From assembly GCA_963693365.1 (NCBI GenBank), contig CAVNZM010000014.1:4340001-4404000 (forward strand): DNA of 64,000 nucleotides, in the 5' to 3' direction. This DNA is from Amoebidium appalachense. Lineage: Eukaryota; Protista; Ichthyosporea. Under the pieces are notes generated by a model that made no database searches, had not been told where the DNA came from, and worked only from the letters and a program-made list of their open reading frames with translations. The translations under genes and the position numbers were made by a program. Below are positions 1 through 9,898 of this stretch, piece by piece. Every line of letters begins with the position of its first letter. Positions within the stretch are counted from its first letter, which is position 1.

Positions 1-74
<74 letters not shown>

Positions 75-1650
75 CTGCACCTGTGCAGCAGAAATATTGT
101 GCGCTTGCTGCCGATGGTCACGTCTCGGCTCAGCTTGGTCAGTTGCTCCCGCCTGTCGTTCTGCCCAACACTGGTTAGTGTCTGTTCTCCCTGCAGCACA
201 CATGCTGGTGCACACACACACACGTACACACACACCCACACTACATGCTTACGGAAAAACACTCAGCAATCAGAGATGCGCGTGCAGGGAAATACACACC
301 TCACATTGGAAACACGTTCCGTAACACACGCAAAACCACATGCACACATTTCAGGTTTCGAGCACACACCCTGTCGTCCAGCTGGGCGCCCAATGCTCTG
401 AACGCTTCCAGCTGAGGCCCGTCACTCCCAGCGGCCGCCTGCAAACCACCGTCAATGGCAGCAGGACAAAGTGAGCTGCAAAGTCGTGCACACAGCCCCC
501 CGTGGCTGAGTCCCTGCAGGGCTGAAGGAATGACCACTGACACTTGAGAAACAAGGGGAAGGAGGGGGGGGGGGAGCTGGAGGGGTTGCGGTGGGACGGC
601 CTCCACACTGGGGCCCACAGGCTAGAAGTACATGCACAAATAATGCTCGTGCCTTCCCTAATCACGTGCTTATGCATGGTGCGTGTCCTCATGTACACAA
701 GTTCCTGCGTGAGGGTGCAAGGCTGTGGGTGCCTGTGAGGCATACGTCTGTGCGGGGGTGGACCATGGTGCTGCTGTGGGCCTGCAGGCTGGAGGGTAGC
801 GTGCAGGTGCTAGTGAATGGCACAGGGCGACTGCAGTGCACTGGCGAGCTGCACTGGCGCTCGTGCACGGTCAGCGCAGTGCACACACGCACAGCCGCCG
901 TCAGTGTGTGTACCCTCGGAGGGCTGCAGGCCACGGACCAGCACCGGGTTGGCCGGGCTACAGCCTGTAGGTCAGAGTGTGGCAGGCTGTGGCGCAACCT
1001 TACAGTTGCCTGGAATCTACAGCCCTGTAGAAGGCGTGTGCTGTGGGTGCCCGAAAAGTAAGTGGTCAGCTGTAGCCACGTAACGGCCCAAGCTTTGCCG
1101 CAGCGACAGTTCGCACAGTTTGCATACCCAGAGAACTTTCGTGGCTGACTTGAGCTGACTGACTGCATCCGATTACGTAATCCGGGCCGGAGAGCACCAC
1201 AACTGGAACTGGAACACCGTGCTCTGCCTTCGCACCTCCCGCTGGTCACGGTCCCGGCTACCCGGAGCTCACAGCTGTACATGTGCTGGCCCCGGCAGCT
1301 CCGGCGCACGGCCATCTAGGTGTTTCTAGATGGCCGTGCTCCGGCGCCACTCAAGACAGCCCACAGCCACTGCATGCAGCGGCCGTGGCTCAGTGGTCTC
1401 TGGTGCCGTCTATTTTAGGCCCTACATACTGCACATACCCGCCCGGCCTCACGTCCACTTGTCAGTGATGGCAGGGCCTCGAGCTCGGCCATGGCCTGCG
1501 CTGGGCCCCGGCCGGCTACCACTGGGCCTGCTCGTAGTATACCTGTAATAGCATTTATACGTGGAGACCTTCCTTCTCATCAAAGGAGTCCGCCTGTGTC
1601 TACCACTCTGCTCCTAGCCTCTGGATGTGACAACGCTGCAGTACATATAG

Positions 1651-1694
<44 letters not shown>

Positions 1695-2279
1695 TCGAAT
1701 TCCCCCAATAATATTTAATACCACCACAAAACGTTCTGCTCACTCTTGTCGTTAGCAAGTTTACGTTTTGTGGTGGTGATATATTTCATGGCCCGGGGCG
1801 GGGCCGGGATACGGAGGGGGGGGAGTAAACTTGCTAACGACAGAGTGAGCAGAACGTGCTTACGCACGCACCGGCACGTCGTGATTTAAGCGCTGTTTCT
1901 TGCTCGGGGCTATATTGTTGCCCTTGCGTCGTAGACCCGGCCCTCCACCCTTGCCAGCACAGCCACTGCTGGCAGCTCTATTCACACAGATGACATAAGC
2001 AGGAAACCAAGGGCTTAGTGGACGTAAAAAGCCTTGTGTGACCTGCTGCGGCCCTAAGACCTTCGAACGGTTTTTGATGCAGTAGAAGCCAAGGGAGGGA
2101 GACACGAGGTGTGGTGTAGGCAGGGGGAAAGAGAGGGGCCCAACTGGTGGCAACAGACACCCCCTCGAGCTCAGTGTCCAGACACTAACCAGCCAGCAAG
2201 GCACGTGCAGGGTTTGGCCACGTATTTGCAAATATGGTCCCTCCCTGCTAGCTGGCAATCACGTGCCTGCAGCTGGCAT
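1..2279 (-). CDS. TSNAX: Translin-associated factor X (TRAX)-like, spliced, 3' part runs off the window
   Basis: Exons 1977-1872 (..GKGGGPGLRRKGNNIAPSKKQRLNHDVP), 438-370 (AAAGSDGPQLEAFRALGAQLDDR) and 160-81 (NDRREQLTKLSRDVTIGSKRTIFLLHR) join in frame at GT-AG sites. The last peptide matches the TRAX motif KLSRDIT.ESKRTIFLLHR. The first exon (ATG at 2279, exon 2279-2263) is tentative. Confidence 0.8.
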
Positions 2280-2660
2280 ATACGGGTGACGGCGGGGCGC
2301 CTGTCTGCCTGACAAAAAAATACCGGTGGAGGGGTGAAGCGGTGGTTTGGGAGGAGGGACCCTGCATTCGTGTAAACAACTCACACGTGTATGTGGGTGG
2401 ATGAATGGGTGTATGCAAGAAGTGTATGTGTGCACATGTTTGACTCTTGTGTTTGCCTTTGGGTAATGGATCGTTTCATCGATGCTATGCAACCTCAAAT
2501 AAGCACGTTCATGACGTAATGCAAGAATGCGGTCATCACGGGCGTGTGTTTGCACTGTGTTCATGTTTGTGGCTGAAGGGTGGGTAAATCTATGTGTAGC
2601 AGTTGGTGAATGTGACGGTTGCATCCTACTTGTGTGCAGTTGTTAGTGTGAATGTGAGTA

Positions 2661-2705
<45 letters not shown>

Positions 2706-4513
2706 GTATGTGTGTGTGTGTGTGTGCGTGTGTGTGTGTGTGTGCGTGTGTGTGTGTGTGTGCGTGTGTGTGTGTGTGTGCCTATGTATGCTTGTGGGTG
2801 TTTCATTAATGTCGATGCGTGCATTTGTGACAGCGAGGAAGTCCACAGAGACTTTGGCGAAGGAAGCTGTGTGTGCTTTTGTACCTGCTTGACACACTCG
2901 CTACTTATGCAGTACACTAGCCTAGTGATAAGTTAGCAGGTGTACACTTGTCGCTTCCTGTAAGCATAGGCAAGAATGGTTGTACCTGAGCTACGGTATT
3001 GATTGGGGTTGTGGAGTAAGGCGGTGTGTGATACTGCCTTGTCGCTCGTTCACTGGTAGTCTAAGTTGTAGATGTTAGAGACCACCCTGCCTGCCCAGCC
3101 CTAAGGCAACATACACTGCTCTTGTAGTTGGCTGTGAGCGAAGCGTCTGGTTCGGCCCCCTCGTATGTAGCTCTGCCCTGTTCAAAATGCATCACGCCGG
3201 TGTGGCCGACAGTGTCTTGGGCACACATACACCTCACAACTTCTACATAGGTACTAATGTGTATCTTCAATGAGAAGACAAACTTTGTTTTTTGTAATTT
3301 TCGACCCTTCGCACCGATCCGAACCTCCTCAAACCTATGAAAGCTAATCTTGTCTATCGAACGGTACAATTTGTTTGTTAGCGTCGCGTTAATAGAAAAA
3401 GTTTTCTTTTTCTAAGACATTTCGCTTTTAGAAACGTTTTTACCAAATGACGATTAATTTCCATCTTTGAAAACTGACCAATCATCAAATCGATTTAGTC
3501 CCAGATCGATCTATAACATTATAATTTTTGCTAACCATTGGATTTTAAAGTTAGGTCAATCGATACAGATTGAACTTGAATTTCGTTATTGAAGATACAT
3601 AAGTAGGCCGTCGAATGTGGCTGGGCCTCCGGCAGTGTCCACGCAATAAAAAGTGTGTAAACCCAAGATACATATTAGTGAGGCAGCTGTTCAATTGGCG
3701 GAACGGTGAAAAGAGTTTGAGGTAGGGGACAGTCAGGACGTGCCACTGTGCAAACTTATTTCAAGGCCTTCTGAATAGCATTCTAATATACTATTTAGTA
3801 GGTCTTGACTTGTTCACTACGACATATACTACACTCCTTGTGCATTGTACTTGAGGTTATCATGAGACCCAATTGCAACTGTTCAAGTGTTGTACAAGCA
3901 CAGTTGTGCCATTCGAATGGACCGGACCTTCTTTGATCGCCAGATCCGATCACAGCTATGTATGTGGTCGTGCTGGCCGCGTCGCTGATTGGCTGAAGGC
4001 GGTGAGAGGGAGTGTGGAATGCGGCAACATCGGTGACACGCATGGCGCAGCCGCAACACGATTGGCTAAACAGCAGTCTGGGAGGCGTCGGAGCAGCCAA
4101 TGGCCGCGCCAGCTGACGTGCAAATGGCTGCCTTCTAAACTTGACACATTGCATGTTAGTGTGCTAATTAAAGAAAACAGGGTGCTTAGGCACAATAGCG
4201 GTTAAAAAAATTAATATTAGAGCTATAACTAGAAAACTGGAAGGCAAATTAGGCCCTTCAGCCTCCTTGGGCTGTCACTTTGGGTCCAGCGGTTATGATG
4301 CGGACCGGCCCAATAAGCGCGCATTATCTACTCATATTGATTGGTGTTTGGTCATGATCTAGATTGCACCGGGTCTGTTCTGGGCCGAAAAACATGTATA
4401 TAAGCGTGCATCGGGCCATAGGAGGCAGTCTGTGTGCGTGTGGGCCGTAGCGACCCTCCCTGTATCCGTTGTGGCCCCGCCTCCTGCCTCTGTGTTGTTT
4501 AGCTTAGTGTATC

Positions 4514-7077
4514 ATGGCAGCTGTAACTGACAAGAAGCCTGAGCCTACGCTCGGCGAAATTCTCAAAAATGCAGGTCGCCGTGCGCTTGGCGGTGGCTTG
4601 CCTGGCGCCGCAGCTATGGGTAGGTGGCCAGGGAGTGGGAGAGATTGCGGGGGGCAGGAGAGCTTGGGAACGTTGGGGTGGGCTAGGGCTAGTGGCGCGT
4701 GCTGTCACAGCACACAGCGGAAGACCGGTGGAGAGGGGAGAGGGGGGGGGGGGGGGGGGGGGGGAAGATCGGGTGGGGGCGAGAGGAGAAGATAGGTTGG
4801 GGGAGGGGGGGGGGGGGGGGGGAAGAGGGGGCAGAGCAGGAAAGCCAACTTCGGGTAACACCTGTGCAGCAAATGCCCTAGGGTGTTTGGAGCCAGACAG
4901 GGCTGGGTAAGAAACTATTTTGTGTTTGTTTTCTATCTGGGAAAGAGAGGCAAGGGGACGGGTGTCGCGGTCAGGCTGTAGCTCACACGGTGTCCCGGCA
5001 GCCATCCAGGTGTGCAGCTTGATGTGGCTGCGTACAACCATGAACTACCAGTACAGGTGGATACTTCCCCCTCCCCCGGGTCTTATTGCCTGTCTGAACC
5101 CTCTCTTACGCCATGTTTTCCTCTTTCTATGCACCTCATGCTGTTGTGCTGCTCCCCCCCCCCTCTCCGCTTGATAGAGGTGCTTTTGCCTGCCCCGGCC
5201 CTGCCTCCTGCAGGGATGTCAGTGCCCGTCCCCCGTCTGCTGCCGTGCCGTTTGTCTCTTCCCCCTTTCCCCCCCCCTCCCCTTGTTCCCCCGCTTTCAC
5301 ACACAGACACCTGCACCTCGTGCCGTCGTGCCACTCCTTTCCCCTCCCACCCTTCACCCCCAGGTGCTTTTGCCTGTCAGGCTTCTGTTACGCGCGGTCT
5401 CTTGTCATGGCTTAGCATGTGGTTTACCGCTGCACTTTGTGGTGTGTCTGTGTGGTGGTCTGACAGGCACATGGCAGGCACGGCACTAGCACCACTGTGG
5501 CGCTCAAGACCCTCTACAGCCAGGGCGGCATTCTGCGCTTCTACCGCGGCATCGGCCCGGCCCTCATCCAGGGCCCCATGTCGCGGTTTGGCGACACGGC
5601 AGCCAATGCAGGCGTGCTTGCGCTGCTGGACTCATACGAAACCACCAAGAAGCTGCCCGTGGGCTTCAAGACGCTGTGTGCCAGCGGGGGCGCAGCGTCG
5701 TGGCGGCTGCTGCTGATGCCCGTGGACACGGTCAAGACCATCCTGCAGGTCGAGGGCAAGCAGGGCCTGCCCATCCTCATGCAGAAGTTCAAGAAGGGTG
5801 GTGTGCCCGTGTTCTTCCAGGGCGCCATTGCCGCCTCGGGTGCCACTTTCGTCGGTGAGTGCATTCCCTGTGTGAAGGGGGGGGGGGGGGTGCAGGTGCT
5901 GACATGTGGTGTGGTGTGCAGGGCACTTCCCGTGGTTCTTCACGTACAACTACCTCAACGACACGCTGCCCAAGGCCGAGACCAAGATAGGCAAGCTGAC
6001 GCGCAATGCCAGCATGGGGTTCTGTGCCAGCGTGGTGTCGGACACGTGCTCAAACAGTATCAGAGTCGTCAAGACAACAAAGCAGACCTCAGCAGTGCCC
6101 CTCACTTATGTGCAGAGCGTGCAGCTGGTACGTGCCCTAATCATTGGGGGGGGGGGGGGGGTGGAGAGGAGGGGGGAGTGGTCACTTTAGATGTGTCATG
6201 CTTATAGGGACGGGGGGGGGGGGGGATGCTGTGGGCATTTATTGTGCTGCTTGTGAAGGGTTTTGGACAATGGGGCAAGGGGTTCAGTGTTGAGACTTGA
6301 GAAGTTTGAGAGGGTCTCTAGAAGGGGATGTATTTGTCTGTGAGGAGATTTATATGAGGGGAATGTAGGTGTTTGAGAGGGGTTTTAAAGAAGGAGACTG
6401 TAGGTGTTTTTTTTTTTTTTTGGGGGGGGGGGGGGGGCTGTATGTGTTTGTGAGGGGGTTTATAGAGGGGGGCTGCAGGCACCTGTTGGGAGCAAGGGAT
6501 GGCGGAATGGGGGGACTGGTGCTGACTGTGCACGTGCAGGTGCTCAAGGAGGACGGCTGGATCGGTCTGTTCGGCAGAGGCCTGCGCACACGCATCCTGG
6601 CAAACGCCCTGCAGGTGCGTGGCATGCATGGCGTATGGGGCACGTTGCTCTTTGTGTGTTGTGTGTGTGTGTGATGTGCACGTTTGTGACGCTCTTTGTG
6701 TGTGTTGTGCATGTATGTGAAGCTGTTCGTGTTGTGCATGTATGTGATGCTGATATGTATGCCTGTGTTTTTGTGTGTTGTGCATGTATGTTATTATATG
6801 TGTTGTGTTGTGCATGCATTTTTTGTGTGTTGTGCATGTGTGTGATGCTGCTATGCGTGTTGTGCGTGTATGTGATGCTCCTGTTTGTTGTGCACGTATG
6901 TGATGCGGCTATGCATGCCTGTATATTGTTCATGTATGTGATGCTCCTGTGTGTTGTGCATGTGTTATCACGGGGCCCGGCTGCTGCGTGTGTGCTGACA
7001 CGTGTGTGCAGGGCATGTTGTTCTCTGTGCTGTGGAAGCAGTTCGAGGAGATGTACTGGAAGAACCAGCGCAAGTGA
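4514..7077 (+). CDS. Mitochondrial carrier (SLC25) family protein, 6 exons
   Basis: Exons 4514-4619, 5002-5056, 5478-5854, 5922-6127, 6540-6614 and 7012-7077 join in frame with GT-AG introns. Carrier motifs: PVDTVKT, GGILRFYRG, DGWIGLFGRGL. TGA at 7075-7077. Confidence 0.9.
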
Positions 7078-8045
7078 AGCCGTTGAGCGCCGGTGGGGGT
7101 GGGGAGGGGGGGGTGGGGGAGCCCTGCAGGCAGGGTTTATTACATAGCGGCTGTGGGGGGCAGAGGGGCCAGGTGCCGGCCTGCCACCCTGCGGCCATGC
7201 CCGGGGCCTGGTGCCATGCGGGTAGCCGGTTGCGGGTCAACGGCAAAATGTATACGCCCACTGGGGCACGCACACAGGGCGTGTTAAGTGGAACACACAC
7301 TCACAGGCAGAGTGCATACGCCCACTGGGGCGCGCGCGAACACACACACACACAGAGAGAGAGAGAGGCAGAGTGCATATGCAAACTGGGACACACACGC
7401 ACACACAGAGGCAGAGTATATACAGCCACTGGGGCACACACTGACACTTGCATGCAGCACAGCACAGGCACAAACCCATCACACTACCCCACACACATTC
7501 CACTCACACAAGCCCATCACAGACCCAAATGATGCCCGTGGTAGGCATCGGCCAGTGGCCCAATGCCTGAGCGTGTGTGCATTCATGGCATCAGGCTCCA
7601 GCACCCGGCCCAGCAGGCCGTATGTGTCTTGGTGTGTCGAAGGGGAATATGGTATTGAAACGGGAGGGGGAAAGGGGGGAGGCTTGGATGGGTGGGCCGG
7701 GGGGGGGTGGAGGGGGTAAAAATAGTAACTGAGGAAGGGAGGGAGGCTTGGACGGGTGGGGAGGCTTGGAGGGGGAGGGGGGAAGTGGGCACCCACTGGG
7801 GCCCCTCAAGCTCCCATGATATAGAAGAATCAGGGCGTGATCACCTCATGAAGAGCATTAATGAATACATATGATTCAGAGTCATTTACGGTCACTGTAC
7901 ATGCATTCCCAGAACGTAAACATTGCACTGAGGAGCCCTTGCTATGTAGCCCTCACCCAAAACTCAGGCTAATTACTTGGTCATTTTTCTTCCCTCCCCC
8001 CCTCCCCCCCCCCCTCCCTTTTCCTCCCTCTAGGAGGGGGACTCC

Positions 8046-8087
<42 letters not shown>

Positions 8088-9470
8088 TGATGGGGATTCT
8101 ACCTTCCCCACAGCGCGCGCACACAAGCCCAAACTTTTACACGTATTTCACAGGTACCCACACACAAGCACCACATTCCCATGATGTGCACAAAACCAAC
8201 ATCGGATATGCGCAGGCTGCACATGAACATGCAGGTACACACCCGGCCCACCCACACCCCACACACCTACATTATCCCCTATTTTAAACACACACACACA
8301 AACAGAAGCTGCACGGCGAGGGAGCAAATTGGCCCCCAATAATTCATGGTTTAGTTATAGCTGACCGGGACGATCCCCGGGCTTTCACGCACACGTGTCC
8401 ACCCAGCACCATGCAGCACACAGCTGCAAACATACTCAAAAGTATAAATACTTTCTCCTTTAACCCGAGGCCTCGTGATCATAGATCTAGATAATCCCCA
8501 TTCAACTTACTCGCTCGCTAGTCCGTGGTCCCTGGAAATCCCCCCCTCCACCATCCCCCACCCCCTTTCCTCCTCCTCCCCCCCCCTCCCCCCACACACG
8601 TGCACACCAAGGCCTCCTAGATACAACTAGGAGGCCTTACAGGTGCACACACACACAGGCCGGCAGCACGGCCCATACCATTAATGATTGGAGCCTCATT
8701 CACCGTTCAAGTCGTGTTTGCCGATGCACTGCATGGACACATGCACGTGCCCATGGTGGGCACGTGCAATGTTGAGCGGCTGGATTTACTCATGGGGCTC
8801 CATGAGGAGATGAGTAGCAGTCCAAGTCGTGAATCGTCAAAGGCTGCAGTTGCTGTGGCCCAGTGGCAGTCCCCTGTTGTGTTGGCCCAGTGGCACCCTG
8901 TTGTGTTGCAGCCAGCTGTGCATGCAACAAGCATGTCCATCGTCATGCCGTGATTAGTAAACCGACCTGGCTCCATCCTAATAGATCTAGCAAAGTTGCT
9001 GGCTGGCTGGCTGGGTGCCCTTGACCTGGCCTTGTGGCCCAAACACCGGTGAAGCCGTGTGTGACCGAGTGACCACACACCCCAAGACGACCAGGTATCT
9101 ATAAGCAGTGCCTGGCATAGCCTGTCGAGTGCTGGGCACTGCCAGAGGCAAGCATGCCAGGGGCCTGCATTGCCACTTCCCTGATCACGAGGCCCTATGC
9201 ACAGGCAGTTGGCCATGTGTTTGCCATGCAGCCACCACTGTCTGTGCCCAGCATGAAATATAAAATTTTATGCCAACATATGGTGGCTGCCATCTCCTTC
9301 TGCCTCGAATATCTGATGGGGGTATGCACGGCTTTCACCCACATAGTTTATGATGTTAATGTTAGCCTTTCAACTTGGATACGGTGAAGGCACGGTCTAA
9401 GACTTCCAGCAGCCCCCTAATCCCCCCCTCCCCTCCTCCCTCCCTTTCCGACCCCTCCAGCCCCCCCCCC

Positions 9471-9507
<37 letters not shown>

Positions 9508-9867
9508 CACAGGCCCGTACCGTTGTATACAGACTGACCCACACACACACACACACACTGACACAAACAGCCACCGTATACAGCTAGCTCACAAGCTTTG
9601 GCACGCAAGCCACCATGCGGTTCTGATGGTATGATCGCCTTGCAGGTGTTCGATGTTGGCACCCCTGGCAGGGATGCAGCAAATCAAGAACGACGACACC
9701 CCTCACATGGCCCATTAGCAAGGAGCTTTGGCCAAATGTCTACCCCCCCCCCCCCCTCCCCGCCCACCTCCCCCTCTTGCCCCTTCCTGGGCTTAGGCCT
9801 TACATATGTCCGGATCCCCGGCCCCCCCCCTCCCCCTCCCCCCCAGCCCTCACTCCCCTCACTCCCC

Positions 9868-9898
<31 letters not shown>

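Noticed and set aside
591-1315. ORFs 591-1061 (+) and 689-1315 (-) as a nested gene in the TRAX intron
   Set aside because: No recognisable motif and no consistent spliced frame could be built; left unexplained.
8707-9216. 169-aa minus-strand ORF
   Set aside because: No domain, codon bias or splice-signal support.
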